A stretch of 64,000 bases of DNA from Octopus sinensis (lineage: Eukaryota): positions 87,792,001-87,856,000 of the forward strand of contig NC_043002.1 in the NCBI RefSeq assembly GCF_006345805.1, in the 5' to 3' direction. Of this stretch, positions 27,788 to 42,759 are shown piece after piece. Made by a program: the position numbers and the translations under genes. Every line of letters starts with the position of its first letter. The stretch's first letter is position 1. The notes under the pieces are model-generated. The model had not been told where the DNA came from. It saw only the letters and a program-made list of their open reading frames with translations, and searched no databases.

Positions 27788-30700
27788 GTAAGCATAAGTT
27801 TTAATAACAAACTTCTACACTTTTCCTGTATACTTTTTCAATTTCCTTTTTTAACATCTTATACTTAATATAAACTTCTCCAGCGGAAAGTACCAGAAGG
27901 ACCTCGAGCTTAACCCTACTAAAAATATCTGCCAAATCTCAAGTTACACTATATTGTATTATACAAGGACACGATACAGAAGATAATGTAGTAAAAAGGG
28001 AACGGTATTGTTGCAATGCTCTTTGAGACTTATTTGATCAAGATTGACCCGGAGCTAAACAGCAGCATAAAACGCAAGCAGTAATTTTATCTTATTCAAA
28101 ATATTACTTTTATAGAATAACCAATCACTTTTATACATATACACGTAGTCTTCAAAGTTGAATCTAATTTTGATATGGTTTAACTAGTATTGTAACTACA
28201 TGCCAACTCTTACAAAACGAACAAGCAGTACAAAGCAATACTTGAATCATGATCATATTCTACTTATAGACGGATCCTCTACGTCTTGGGTGGACAAACT
28301 CACGACTCTCATTCAATCAGGATTGGTGTAGGGCTTAACAACATAAGCAGTGTTTTAGTTTTTTCTCTCCGTGTTGTTTTATATAATTTATCGTTGCATC
28401 TGGGACGATAAGATTATTTTGGCCACTCAGTGCTTGTATTGATGACTGTAGTCTAGATCTAACGTAGTACTATAGATGCAGACATGCGTGAATAGTTAAG
28501 AAATTCGCTTTGTAACATCGAGATCTCGACCTCAATTTACTGCGTAGTATCTTGGGCAAATGCATTTACCTTAGCCTCGTGAGTGCTAATCCTCGAGAAT
28601 TTGTGTATATGGGAAAATGTTCAGAAGCTTGTCGGATGGCCTGTAAGTGTAATTAAAAAATTCAGCCTTGTTGTATATTTTTCATATAATTCTTCTTGAG
28701 AATTACCATAAGGGTACACGTTTCTGCGCAATGATTAGCCACTTTGCACGTTAATTCAATGTTTAGGCTGTGCAGTTACCGAACAGCTGAATGCTTGTAC
28801 GTTGAAATCAATGTGAGAGTCCACCAATATGGTAAGTATGTAATAAACTTTAGTGATATTTAGACAGTTATATGAGACAAAAAACATTTTATATTAAAAG
28901 TGTTGAAAAGCTAAAGTTTATGCAACACATGTGATGAGAGAAAATTAAATATTTGACTGATAGTATTTTCATCAGTGAGGGTCATGAACTGGTAGAATCA
29001 TTAGGATTGTCGAAGAAAATATCTAGAAATATTTAGAGTATTTACATCTGGAATTTAAACCCTGCTAAGATCAACTTTGACTTTCATTGTTGCGGGGATT
29101 GATAAAATAATGTACTAGTCAAATACTTGTGTCGATTTAATAGGCTGGACTTTCATCAGCAATCCCATACAAGTTTCGCCTCCTTTTAGCTCATCGGCGA
29201 GAATATAACATTTCCATGACTTGCTGAAGTCTTAATTATGCTTACTTAATATCAACAAGTTACAGCATTCTACATTTTACTGCAGAACCGCAAGTAGCGC
29301 GTTCAAAGATATCTCGCGTCCTTAACGATTCTTTCGTTTATATAACTGTCTGGTTATCAAGTGAGAGGCATTTCTCTTGCAATAATAAACATACATTAGT
29401 CTGAGATTTAGTGGAGAGATACGACTGCTACTGCTGGCACTTAAGATTATTGGCTACAAAGGCCCACAAATAAAGTGAGATCTTGACATTTTCAGGTGAT
29501 TCACTATTTATGTAGTTATACTGTATCGATGGTCAAGAATGTATAGTTGCTTTCTGAATGTAGGACTGAATCTACTGACAACTCGTCAATATATGAACAA
29601 TAAAACTTGTTAGCTTTCTCAGTCTCGTCATAGCAGACACAAATATGGTAACAATATTTAGTATGCTTGAGTACTTCGACCTTAACGAGATTAGAAACGT
29701 GATACTGAACTCATTTGAAAAATATATATTAGTGTCTAAAGATATTCTGAGTCGGCTCCTGAAATTTATATTCGATAAATGTTTGTTTTCATTTCACTTA
29801 TTCAGATGTTCATTTAATTTTCGAAACATTATCTCTCTATTGTAACAATTATTCTTCTATTCAACTTCAATTTGCTATTTATAATGTCGTTGAGTCCTAT
29901 TAACACATTCGACATCCACTTCAGAAGTGAATTTTCTCTTGAATTTACTTTGCTGTCTTAATACATGTTTGTTTAATACAAGTTTTTCTTACGATTGTCA
30001 CAACATTGTTTCACCTTCCTTTAAAACAATCAATGTCGTTTCTTATTTCATTGCATCTATATTTACTGTCATATTTGTTGATTTCGTATGTTATTTTTTC
30101 CTACATTAATTGAATTCTATTTATATTTAAACTATGTACATCAGTTTATGTATAGAGGTGCAGTAGTTCTGTTGAATGAGCTCAGAGACATGATTGCGTG
30201 GTTTAGAAATTCACTTCGCAACCACTTGGTTCCCAGCTCGATCCCACTCCATTGCATTTGTGCAAGGACCGCTTTTTCTATAGTCTCGAATTGACCAATA
30301 TCTAGTAAGTGAAATTTCGTAGATAAAAGCTGTGTAAAAGCACACAGACATACGCACGCACGCACACACACGCACATGCACACGCACACTCACATGTATG
30401 TATACGCATATAATGAGCGTGTGTGTGCTTATAGTTATACCAGTCTAAAAACCAGTGTTGTTATGTAATGTCTCTTTGGGATTCTTTACGCTCACAGTTC
30501 GACAAATAGATTCCGATAAAATAGGTATTAGACTATAATATACACTAGGGTTGAGATGATCGGCTAAAATTTTTGAAGGCAGTACCCCAGCCTGGCCACA
30601 GTCCATGACTGAAATCTATAACATATTCAATTGAAACGAACTTATTAGAAAAATTCGACCAATATTGTCAACTAATGGTTGGCACCATAAGGTGAAACAC

Positions 30701-31564
30701 TAGTTCTCATTTCGTATAAAATCCTATATTTTATCAAACGGCCTATAATGTTTGAAACCTCTTGAAAATATCCAATAATATAAAACAAAATACTCATTAA
30801 CCCTTTAAGTTAGGGAGTCAATATGCCGGAGGTATGCTAAGAGACGAAGCCGCCAATAACGGATTCCGGTTCTGAAGCCAATTTTAAAATGGTATATAAA
30901 AAAATTCAATTTTAGAATAATTTTGAGGATTAATCTCTTGAAATCTTTTATCTTTTATCGTTTGCTTGTTTCAGTCATTAGACTTTAGCCACGCTGGGGC
31001 ACCGACTCGAAGGATTTTAGTCGAATGAATCGGCCCCTGTACTTATTCATACTTATTCGATACTTATTCATCGGTCACTCAAGCCGCTAAGTTACGATGA
31101 CTTAAACAAACCAATATCGGTTGTCAAGCGGTGGGATCAAGCAAAACGGCATTTACCCTTACACATATATAAGATGGGCTACCAAACAGTTTCCGTCTAC
31201 CAAATCCACTTACGAGGCATTTGTCGACCTGGGAATATAGTGAAAGACACTTGTCCAAAGAGTGATGCAGAGGGAATGAAACCGGAACTATGTGGCTGGA
31301 AAACAAACTTCTTACCATGCAAATATTAATTAGTGTACGTAAATGATACAATACAGAATTTAAGCTGCTATAAAATATATCGTACTTTTTAATAACGACT
31401 CCTTGAATGAATCACTTTTCCAGCGTAAAGCAGCGAACATATAATGCTATTAAATGGAAAATACATTGCGAACTTAGTCTATAATTTCATTCACCTGACA
31501 ATTGATGAATATGCAAAATACTATTATTACTAATTTTTCACTTTGTTGTTCCCATATTTTTCAG

Positions 31565-31714
31565 TCGATATCTACATGTACAGTTGTCGGTGTATCTATA
31601 TTCGTACTCATTATGTATGGTTCTAGAGCTCTCTACAACATGCTTGCAGTGATGCCAGCTTTGAAAGGACACAAACCACGATTCGGTTACGGTTGGGTTG
31701 ATGTTTCTGATCAA
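31565..31714 (+). CDS. GPR137: GPR137-like coding exon 4 (GC donor)
   Basis: Acceptor tttttcag. Encodes SISTCTVVG...YGSRALYNML...FGYGWVDVSDQ (family motifs YxSRAxYN, WxxVSDQ). It ends at CAA|GCAAGT and joins in frame to AD of the next exon. Confidence 0.9.
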
Positions 31715-34700
31715 GCAAGTACATTATTTCACTAATTCTCATAAAACCTTTACTTTCTTTTAATATATGTCAACAATATCCCTCTTTTCTTTAAGTTCAT
31801 GACACAGTTCTCCAAGAAATTTGGTGGTTAAATGAACGGTACATCGATAACAGACAGAACGTAATCTATTTTTATAGATATGGTTTTCAAAAATTAGTTA
31901 TGAAAACTCTATAAATATTTATTTAAGGGATGCTTCGTCATTATTGTCCTTCGCAAGATACTAGATACTATAAAATGCATAATTAAGTAAACCAGAAACC
32001 TTGTCTAATATACTTATTATAGACTAGATGATCATTCCGTTTTAAAATGTTATGAAAACTAGGCTCATGTTTAACCCATGTAATTTTTCATCAATATAAC
32101 AAAACGTAAAGGAAAATACATCTTGTATTTCTACCTTAAATGTGCATTCTTTAAAAGTAAAGTCAGATTGAATTATTACCAGATTCTGCTTTGAATTAGT
32201 CCACTATTTGTATTCGCAATCAACCTTTTGATTTGCTTCCAAACATTGAATGGGGAAAACTTCAATATATTTGATATCTCTATTGTTTAGTTCATTGTAA
32301 ACTTTAAATACACATTATACAAACTAGCTTTAAAAAAAACTTCAGTTAACATTAGTTGAAAAAAATTTTCTCTAAAATGATTCTCCGAAATCCTGGTAAA
32401 ATGTTTGCCGTCCATAAAGTATCTAAACTTAGACTCAACGAGAAAAATATTTTTGAGGTAGTTTCACCAGATAAAGAATCACAGATGTTCCTTTTACTGC
32501 ATCGATATTTAATCTTTACTCAATCAGATATTAATTTCAGTCTTTGTAAATATTACTGATTTAACGTAACATGCAAATACTTTCTGCTGTAAAATTTAAT
32601 CTGGTAATATTTTGTTTTAAAATTAACATTTTACCTGAACAGAAACATTAGTAAATAATATAAGATTCGTCCATAAGCTATGTGTTATAATTAGTATACA
32701 AAGCCGACAGAACAGAGAAATCGGAAAAGACCGTTTGGTGTGCCAGATGGTCTTACTGAATGGTTGTAGTCAAAATCTTATTGAATGATTGAAGTCAAAA
32801 TATAGGAATTTTAAGGAACAAAGAAGTTATGACGTTAACTGTTTTCAAAATTAAAAACCCGAGTAACAACTGTTCTTAAACTTATGGTTGATAAGTGAAC
32901 ATTCATAAATATTTGTTATAGAATAAAACATAAAGCATAAAATAAAAGAATCACAGAAACAAATCATCTAAGCGAGATATTTTCCCAAGCATATTTTCAA
33001 TGCAAGTGTAAAAAATCTTTGGCAAAACCGCTTGAGCCTTCGGACAAGATGCCTTATGGTATTTTATTCCGGCGAATTGAGTCTGTAGGAAAATCATTTG
33101 AGCATTGGAAAAAAATGTCTTACCTTATTATTTTGTTTATTTAGGCCCTGAGTTCAAATCATGCCAAAATCAACTTTGCCCTTCATCCTTTTGGGTTTAG
33201 TATACCAGTGACGTACTGGAGAGGTCGGGTCTCTTCCGAACTTTCAACTCCTGTGCCTATTACTAAAAACATTGATTTGTTTGATCTGTTGGGCAAAGTT
33301 GTAGATTTCCAAAAGAGAGAAGTGTTGATCAGATTTTAGTAGTGTTAGTAGAGTCGATGAAATTGATAAAAAAAAAAATGAGTTGTAATTTCTGACATCC
33401 GGAACTTTCTATTTTACGTCATTCATAAATAGCTACGAAAATGAGTTGATGTAGATATTCCCTGCTGATCAATGTAGATCCTCCGTCGGTTTTTCGGATG
33501 TGCATTTATCGATTACCAGCTTACAATGAGTAAGTTGCTGAATAATCCACGGACATGTGTGTACCCTTAACATAATTCTTAGGCCGAATCGGGTTTACAT
33601 ATCTGATAAACAGTTGAGGTACAGATACAATCTATTCGGTGGGCTTCTACTCAATTTCCATCCACCCCATTTCAATAATGATTTTATTGCTAAAGACCCA
33701 ATATGCTACTAAATTATTGTGAAATGGAAATTTTATTTAATTTGTTTCTTTCTTCCACTACTTTCGTCAGATCTGACTCATACATACAAGTCAAATCACG
33801 ACTAAAATACAACTCGATCGTATTTAAAAACCGTTTTGAAGAATTAGAAAATGTCGAAATTTATCGGCATGTTTCTACAAAAGTGAGAATAATTGATACT
33901 AATTCTATATTTTGCTGTCAATATTTATATTATTTTGTAATTAACATTTTATACACATCGGCTTCTTAATTCCTACCTTAAATGTATCAACATATTTGTT
34001 AGTAACACAAAAGAGTAACATCATTTCTCTTCACGAGAATCGTTTATTTCACATGTTTCTCATAGCAAAATAATTTATTCCTGAACTTTTTTTCGTTATC
34101 ATTTGTCGATGCTAATCAACATTGGCTAAGATTTTACTGTTTCCTAACATTAACTTGATCTCAATGTAAGACAATTAGATTTTAACGGTCGGTTAATGAA
34201 GAAACAATTGAAAAACGATAGAAACCTTTTCCATTTCATATATTAATAAAGAGATTAGAAACTAATCCAATTAAATCCGGTCGACATGGGATAACAATGA
34301 ACAATATCTTATCGACTGTAATATAAGAGGATGACAATTATATTTGGCTTCAGTATAAGTGTAGAATCTTATTAATGAATGCATAAAAATCTTCCTTTAT
34401 AAATCAACAGTTTGAAAATGAATTATTTCTCGCATTATTCTTCTTATATGCTTTTCTTTCCTTCATTACGAAAATAAGTTGTTTATTTTTCAGATAATTG
34501 CCTGCTCGTTACTGAATCTAAATAAAAATCTTATTAATTTATTGAGAAACATTTGAAAGAAACATGGTTGCCATATTTTTTCAATTGCAATCAATATAAC
34601 ACTGTTTCTTGCATCTTAAATAGCTATCAACAGAAAACTTGAATTTCCAAAATTCCGGAAAAATTTATATTGTACCGGTATAGATTAATATTTAACAATT

Positions 34701-35224
34701 CTTTCCAAATAATCATTTTCTTTTTAGTGGTTGTCTGTTATTTTCTAAATGACCACTAGATTTTTACAGACACTTAGATGAACTTTACCTAAAAGAAAAA
34801 AAAAACAAGATGGATATGGTTGGAATTACTTTGATCAAAGGTCAGCTCGATTAAGACAGGTCTGGGGTTTAAACATTTGAAACTTATATTATGGAATACC
34901 GTCAAATAGAGAACTATGATAAGCAGGACTGACATATGTTGATATAAAATTAGTATCGTCTTATTAGTCAAAAATGTTGACTCATGGAATCCAAGGCTGG
35001 TTGGTGCCACCTAACCACAAAAGTCATTGATAACTTGTTATCAATTCCTTTAATTAGATTCTATTTATTACAAATATATTTCTTATATGAAGTGTGTCAT
35101 AATTTATCAGAAAAATTTAACAGTCATTTTGATTATGCTCAAGGCTTTATTTGAAGCTTACAACGATAACGAAACCAAGATCCACATGTAAGTATTTCTA
35201 ATCCGTCAAATAACTTTTCATGTG

Positions 35225-35660
35225 GTTTAATAACAGAACTACCCTCCGGAGAGCTTGCTAGGGGCACTAGGTCTGTGGGATGACCGTTCTTACGTTACAA
35301 GGATGTTTGCAAAAGGGACATGAAGGCCTGCAACAGCAATATTAGCAATTGGGAAGCAGTTGCCAGTAATCGTGGAGATTGGCGACGTACCGTAAAAGAG
35401 GGAACACAAAGGAGTGACAGAGAGAGAGAGAGAGAGAGGAGAAATGGAAAGACAAGAAAAGACGTCAACAAGAAACTATGACATTACAACCAGCCAAGAA
35501 CAGTCTTCGCTACATATGCGACACCTGCCAGAGGGAGAGTTTGTCCAGGATAGAACTACACAGCCACAGCAGGAAATGTATTAGGACATGAAATGTAAAA
35601 GCCGGACTAGATTATCTTATGCGCAACTCCATTGTCTCCCGAGACAAAAAGGATGCCAAC
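35225..35660 (+). mobile_element. RTE-clade LINE 3' fragment, degenerate
   Basis: Reads GELARGTRSVG*PFLRYKDVCKRDMKA...WEAVASNRGDWRRTVKEG...YICDTCQRESLSRIELHSHSRKC. Confidence 0.75.
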
Positions 35661-36599
35661 CAACTCTGATTGATTAAAGGTCTACTCGTCCATAGCGAAC
35701 ACAAGACTAAATGACAACTTCATTAATTACTCCGCTCAGCACTAACAATATTCAAACACGGAAAATACGAAAGTTTCTGAACTGCACATTTGGAACTGCT
35801 TCAATAATAGAGTTGAAATAACTATACTTCAGAAAGCCAAGATATTTTCATTCATTGAATTTACCGAAATATGTCCACAGTTGTCACGGTACTTCCAAAG
35901 AGCAAGTCTATTTCCCAATGCATTCTATTTTTTATTAATTTTAACCAATTCAAATTTTGCGGTTGTCTCCCCTGTTTTTCTTGAGTAGAATTAATCAAGC
36001 TAAGAATTTTCTATCCTCACTTCAGGTGCAATTTTAATTAAAATTTCTTGTCTCACTAAATTATTTTAAAACTAATTTTTACCATTTGTCATTATTTTCT
36101 GTCGCAGTCATACGTGTAATCATATTAATTTCTTTGGTCAACAAAGAAAAATGTATAAATTTCAAGTTAGGCAGTTTTCGTGATTTCTCTTTGAGTCAAT
36201 TTAGCTAGTTATAAAATCTTTCATTGATGGTACAAATTTCTCATTATTCTGTCTAATGAGATGAAAATGAGCTGAATTAAATAGCTGTCTTATTTGTTCT
36301 TATTTTTATATCGCGCTTTCTCTACATTATCGGGAATAGCTCTGTGCGCCGTGCGTATGTTCACTTTTTTTGTTTCATTTGGCTTTGTTGCTGCTATTGT
36401 ATTAACGTGTTCTACATGATATGTGAGCAATAACAAGTAATGTTATTTTTGGCATATGTGATTAAATTCTGGGGGTTTGTTTGTGTATTTGTATATATTT
36501 TAACATTCCCAAAGCACCTTTTATTATGGGATTGCTTGTTTTTTTATTTACATTCAGGTTACCTCTATTTTCAGTTGTTTATATTTGTATAATTTCTCT

Positions 36600-38670
36600 A
36601 TTTCTTTGAGAGATATATTATTATACGTTGAAACTGATACTTCGATTAAGAGGCATTTCTTTTCGTGGTTTTCATGATAACAGTATCTGGTTGCATTTTC
36701 TTCATTGTCTTGTCTATGTATATTCTCCCAGAAGTCACTTTGTCATTTTCTTAGTTCTTTTCAAGTGTATGCTTATAATGCCTCTTTTCTTATGGTTATT
36801 CATAATACTGCCATTAACTTCTAGTATATATAAAACTCAAATCTACAAATGTATATTTTTTTGACTAATACTGGGCAGCTAGTGACACTGTGGTTAACTG
36901 CTTCTTTCCCATCACATATTTTACAGTTACTGTATTCTGCTTCATTGTATACGTTTGGTGATGTGGGGGAAAAGGTTTTGATTCTATACCATAATCAAGA
37001 ATCTTCCAGGTTTAGCTTTCAGTACTACCGTTTTCAGCCACTATTTGCGATTGTTCCTTCTCTAATTCCTTCCGGTCTTGGTATTTGTTTGAGTTCTTCT
37101 TACTATCATTTTATCATGACATTCCATGATAAAACTCCATTTCTGCTCAGATATTGGCTTTCTCACAGCGCCTATTGCGTGTTTTCTTTATGCCACATAA
37201 TAACCAGTTACATCAGTTTCTGCTTTATACGATTTGTTGGTTTCTTTAGAGAGAGAGAGATGCTTTTGTTTTGATTGCTTGTGTATTAAATCTTTTTTTA
37301 CTAAAGTGGGTTGCAGAGTTTTCTAATATGACTATATTCCTTAGCTCTTATATTCGTGGTAAATAAAATCGTTTTTACTCAAATTTTGCTATATAATTTA
37401 AATAGTCATTTTTTTCTGTGGTCTTGCAAGTTCGTTTAGCTTCCGCCTGAAAATACTATAGTTTATTAGGACAGTTAAAGAGAGTGTTTATGCTTTCTAC
37501 CTTCTTTTACATTTATCTATGATTTCGGTATTAATCTAATGCATCTATAATATTCCTTCCAAATATTTTCATTTATTTCTACACAGCACAGTGTAGTTCA
37601 TTGATTTCTAAGTATTTATATGTCTGTTTGTGTGTCTATTAATGTTCTTAGTTATTTTCCTCTCTCGAAGGCTGCCACGTTCTTAACTTTTCCCCTTTTT
37701 GAATTCGAATCTTATCTGTATGTCCTATTTCAAGTAGCATTTCTAGTTGTTTATCATGTGCAGCGTACGATAGCATTTACATCCAAGTCCAGTCCGGTTA
37801 AATATGTTGGTCAAAATTGTCAGTGTCAAACCGAAAAATCACTTGTTAGAGAGAAAATGAGTCTCCTTGCATTACTCCTTTTTAACCCTTTAGTGTTTAA
37901 ACCGGCCATGCAAGGCCAAAATTGTTTTCCTGTTATATGCTCAAACCAGCCAGCTCTGACCTCTCACACCTACCCTACGAAGTCATTCTAAAAATAAACA
38001 GGGACATCATCAAAATCTCAGAGTTACAAGATGCTGTACAATTAATTTAAAACAATGTGATTAAACAGGTTTTACATTTGACAGAGTAATCTGAATGCTA
38101 AAGGGTTAAATAGAAATAGGCTTAGCTTTTATAACTACCTCTTTGGTCTCCATTTGCAAAACTTGCTACTTTCTAATGACCTTTTCTCTTGTATCATCTT
38201 ATTACAGGTGTTACTCATGGGTAATATTTGCAAGTCCATGACATACTCAGATTATTCTTTTGCAATTTTTGATTATTGTTTTGTTGATCAGAAATTAATT
38301 TTTACAGTCATATGAGCACTTACAGCTCCGTCCTTCACTTTTGGAAGAAATCATGTTTTAAATTTTTTTGTGCGGTATTTATTTAATTTAATGTTTTGTG
38401 GTTTGTTTGAAGGTTAGCAGTTTAATTTCTTTTCTTTTTTTCTTGGCATTGTAGATTAACATGGCATTTCTCCTCAGCGGACCATAGATAACTATTATTT
38501 CCAGCCCCATCAGTGTCCCACAAATATTTCTAATGGTATCTTATGCCTAACTAGAAATCTGGTGTCTTATATCCTGTGTTTCTTTTCTTTGGCGTGCAAC
38601 GTCTGGGTTACTTCTGTTGTTATGGCCCATCTCCTTCGGTGTTTTGAACAATGCCATCTGTGAAAACTCC
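36600..38670 (-). mobile_element. Possible highly decayed LINE remnant
   Basis: Strong T-skew (A-rich, coding-like on the minus strand). No clean motif was recovered. Confidence 0.3.
37886..38105. mobile_element. piggyBac-like MITE
   Basis: TTAA|CCCTTTAG...CTAAAGGG|TTAA. Confidence 0.75.
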
Positions 38671-38681
38671 TTTATTATCAT

Positions 38682-39220
38682 TGCTGAGTGAGAGCAACGC
38701 ATACCATCAAAGTGACGCTGGTGTAAAATATACGAATCCCAGTATACCCATCATGACTACCCGTCTGATAAGGGTACACCAGACACATGCATCACAACAT
38801 TATGTACACGACATGGTAATCTCATATCAAGATAAACAGTGCATTACCTTGCAGGTTGGGTCTAGTCAGAATTTTCTTCAGGTCGAGTAGCCCATCCCAC
38901 TCAAAAGGTTCTTGAATAAGAGTTGTTTAAGGATGTTGATCGAAACACCCATGTTTCCAGGGGTAAATTATTCAAAGCCCAAAGAATTCATCTCAACACA
39001 TGACTATGATGTTGTCCCACTGCTTCTGCTCGTGATCAGAGATGCACTTATCGTCAGCCACTAAGGGACATGCTCAACTGGTTAAGGTCATGCAACTGAC
39101 AAGCAAATCTGTGGTATTGTGCAGAATATTTGCTGAAGCCCATCTTTTATACCAAGACAAAACAATGTACACGATAACAGAAGCCATGAGAACCAGTGCT
39201 TGATACTGCATCAGAGCATT
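38682..39220 (+). repeat. ~540-bp interspersed repeat; reverse-orientation copy at about 57415-57999
   Basis: Long shared blocks (cccagtatacccatcatgactacccgtctgataagggtacacca etc.). Both copies abut (ATT)n/(AAT)n. Confidence 0.85.
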
Positions 39221-39264
39221 TATCATCATCATTATTATTATCATTATTATTATTATTATTATTT

Positions 39265-39324
<60 letters not shown>

Positions 39325-40545
39325 GGTGACAAGCAGGTAGAATCGTTAGCATGCTGGACCTAATGCTTAACGGTATTTCACCCAGTTTTACAATCTGAGT
39401 TCAAATTCCGCCGATTCCTTTTTCGCTTTTCATTCTTTCGAGATCGATGAATTAAGTACCAGTTGCGCACTGGGATCGATATAATAGGCTTGCTTCTCCC
39501 CCAAAATTTCAGGCCTTGTACCTAGAGTAGAAAGGATTGGCGTGCAGGCCGAATCGTTAACACACGGGTAAAAATGTTTAGCGGCATTTCGTTTGTCTTT
39601 ACATTCTGAGTTCAAATACCGTCGAGGTCAACTTAAGCACTGAGCTGGCAGAATTGTAAGCACGCCGGGCAAATGGCTTAGCCGCATTTCGTCAGCCTTT
39701 ACGTTCTGAGTTCAAAATCCGCCGAAGTCGACTTTGCATTTCATATTTTCGGGGTCGATGAAATAAGCACCGTCAAGTGCTGGGGTCGATGTAATCTACT
39801 AGTCTTCTCCCCTCTTTTTTCAAGCCTTGTGTCTATAGTAGAAAGGATTACTGTTATTATTATCACTAACAGTTCCGTGCTTTACTACACATCGAACTAC
39901 CATTGGACATTTTCAGCTGTATATCAGTTTTACTATAATTAGAGATTGTTAGTCCATCACTCAGTATATTTTGATATCTGGAAAAAAAAGACGCTGTAGG
40001 TGGTCGCCCATGCCCGATCCCTCAAGGCAACGTATCCGATTCAGAAAGAGAGCAAAAAATAGGAAAAAAAAACAATCCTGTACTTGACTGATAATTTATT
40101 TATAGACCTCGAGACGTTGAAGGGCAACGTTGATTTCGAACTTTTTTTATTAACCAGCAAAAGTTGATTTGGAAATACTATTAGGAAGACACAGTGTATA
40201 CCATCTTTATACATATTCAAGTTAGACAAAACACTTGAATAAAATCAATCTTCTCTTTTGTTCTTACTTGTTGACATATATTTCCTCAACAGCCTGTATG
40301 ACCATTCAGATGGCCTACATTTCCAGTTAATGTTTATAGTTAAATTCGTCTTCAAGTGTATGATTAATGACCAAATGTCTTTCACAACAATTTCTTGATC
40401 GGTAGAATTCGGGGTAAGAAAAATTCTGTTGTAGTGGCAAAAGACTTTCGACATTTAGACTAATCATCTAAATACAAATGACCGATCAATTTGCGCATTA
40501 CTTTTATCAAAATGCTTTTAATGGCTTTCACTGCTCTCTTTACAG

Positions 40546-40677
40546 GCGGACATGATCAATTTGAGTAAAGGCAAAGCTTACCTGTCCTTCACTACAGTGC
40601 TTACTGTTTGGGAGTTGATACCTCTCGTAGCTGTACTTATCTTTTTCAGAGTAAAAAGAAGTGGTTCCAGTAACCAA
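40546..40677 (+). CDS. GPR137: GPR137-like coding exon 5
   Basis: Acceptor ctctctttacag. Encodes ADMINLSKGKAYLSFTTVLTVWELIPLVAVLIFFRVKRSGSSNQ (family motif VWELxP...FFRV). Donor GTAAGT at 40678. Confidence 0.92.
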
Positions 40678-40899
40678 GTAAGTCCTTCAATACTGTTTAT
40701 TGGGATGTGTATTCGTGTTCTTCATTTGGCTTTCAGACTTGGATACTTACCTCTCTCCCTCTCTTAAACATTTCCCTAATCTATTAAATTTATTTTCCCA
40801 CTTCGTGCTACTTTGGGCAAGTGTCTTCTATTGTAGCATCGAGCCTACCAAAGTCTTGCAAGTTGATTTTGTAGACAGAAATAAAAGAAGCCCGTCGTG

Positions 40900-40980
<81 letters not shown>

Positions 40981-41080
40981 ATGTATATATGTATATATAT
41001 ATGTATATGCATATATATTTATGTATCTTTGTATATATATGTATTTGTATATATATATATATATATATGTGCGTGTGTGT

Positions 41081-41111
<31 letters not shown>

Positions 41112-41119
41112 CGTGTGTG

Positions 41120-41159
<40 letters not shown>

Positions 41160-41578
41160 GTGTGTGTGTCTGTGTTTGTCCCTCACTACCTCTTGACAAC
41201 TGGCGCTGGAGTGTTTACGTCCCCGTAACTTAGCGCTTCGCCAAAATGGACTGATGGAATAAGTACTAGGCTTTAAAAAAAATAAGTCCTGGGGTCGATT
41301 TGTTCGACTAAAACTCTTCAAGGCGGTATCCCAGCATGGTCGTAGTCAAATGACAGAAACAAGTAAAAGATAAAACTGAAATACGATTTGATAAAATATT
41401 TTAGAATTTATCCCTTGTACTCACCACAAGCTTTTTTTTTTTCTACTTTTGGTTACTTTTTACTTAAATCACTTTTATTTGCATGTCTGAATGCATAACT
41501 GTTGCTACTTATTATTATATAAGTAGTTTTAAGGAAGAAACATAATACAAGACGTATTGAAGTATGACAGCTTGATAA

Positions 41579-42003
41579 GGATCTTTTCGGTTTGACCGGC
41601 AGTTTTTTCTAGCGGTGTCATATGAAATTGTCACCCATAATTATGACCCTAGTATCTGTCTATTGCATTTCTATCTGTTTTAGGGTTAGGGTTAGTTAGG
41701 GTTAGGGGTGGGGGAAGGGTATATTTTTTCTTCACAAATGTAAAATAAACCCAATCTGTTTCTTAAACGAGGGACATATTCATACGGCACAGAATGTTTT
41801 TTTACCTCAATAGACGACACTGATTGGTTGAAATTGCCGAAATTGAAGAAAAAACAACAAATATCTTACAAACTATAGAATTTTCTCAATAAAGCCAAGA
41901 GAAAAAGATGTTTTATAAACACATTCTACCAGTATACGAAGTTTAAAATTTTTTAGTTACCTAGAAATTATGTTAAAAACTGTTGTTCAAACCGAAAAGA
42001 TTC
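41579..42003. mobile_element. MITE with ~28-bp TIRs and 8-bp TSD (CTTGATAA), containing TTAGGG repeats
   Basis: TIR GGATCTTTTCGGTTTGACCGGCAGTTTTT / AAAAACTGTTGTTCAAACCGAAAAGATTC. TSD at 41571-41578 and 42004-42011. Confidence 0.85.
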
Positions 42004-42759
42004 CTTGATAAATATTAGCATTTTGGAAATACCAGACTTTGCGCTATACAGTAAAGTATTGAGTTAGTAGTAGTAGTAGCTGTAGTCATGATGGTGTTGG
42101 TATAATGTAGTATGTATAGTGGTACGCGGAATTGTTTCACATTGTAGAAGTGTCGTTCACACTTGAAGTGCTTACAAAAATACTTGTATAATTCAAGTAG
42201 ATGTCAGTTTATATCTTAAGATTACATGAAGATAATATATTTCATTAATATAATTTCGCACAATATATACGACTGTAGTGTTTCCAATATATTTGCCACT
42301 CTAAATACATATTAGCTACACTTGGAAGTTACCATTTACTTCAAAGTTATTCGTTCGTGTGAAATTTTGTACAATAGACGCTTTTTCAATTGTTTCATAT
42401 TTCGAATATTCGAGTTGATACTTGAAAGTTGTAACTTATTCTGATATTACTTTCTCAATTGTTAAGATGTGTTCTTTTCGTTGAATTTTAGTCCTTCTAC
42501 CTGACATCAAGTAGAAATATTACCAGTCTACAGTCATTGTAGCGTATACATTTGATGAAACTTAACTGAGAGGAAGCAAGAAATATTAACATTAAGCGAC
42601 CATAGCAAATATATATTTGGAAGTATTTTAGATAATGTAAGATAAAGAGAAGGATGTATTGTTACTGACGAAATACGTGAACTTATATACATTTTAACAT
42701 GTTAAAGTGCATGAAGCCATGATAAGTAAAGGTCATAGGAGTGTCTGCCTAGTGGTATA

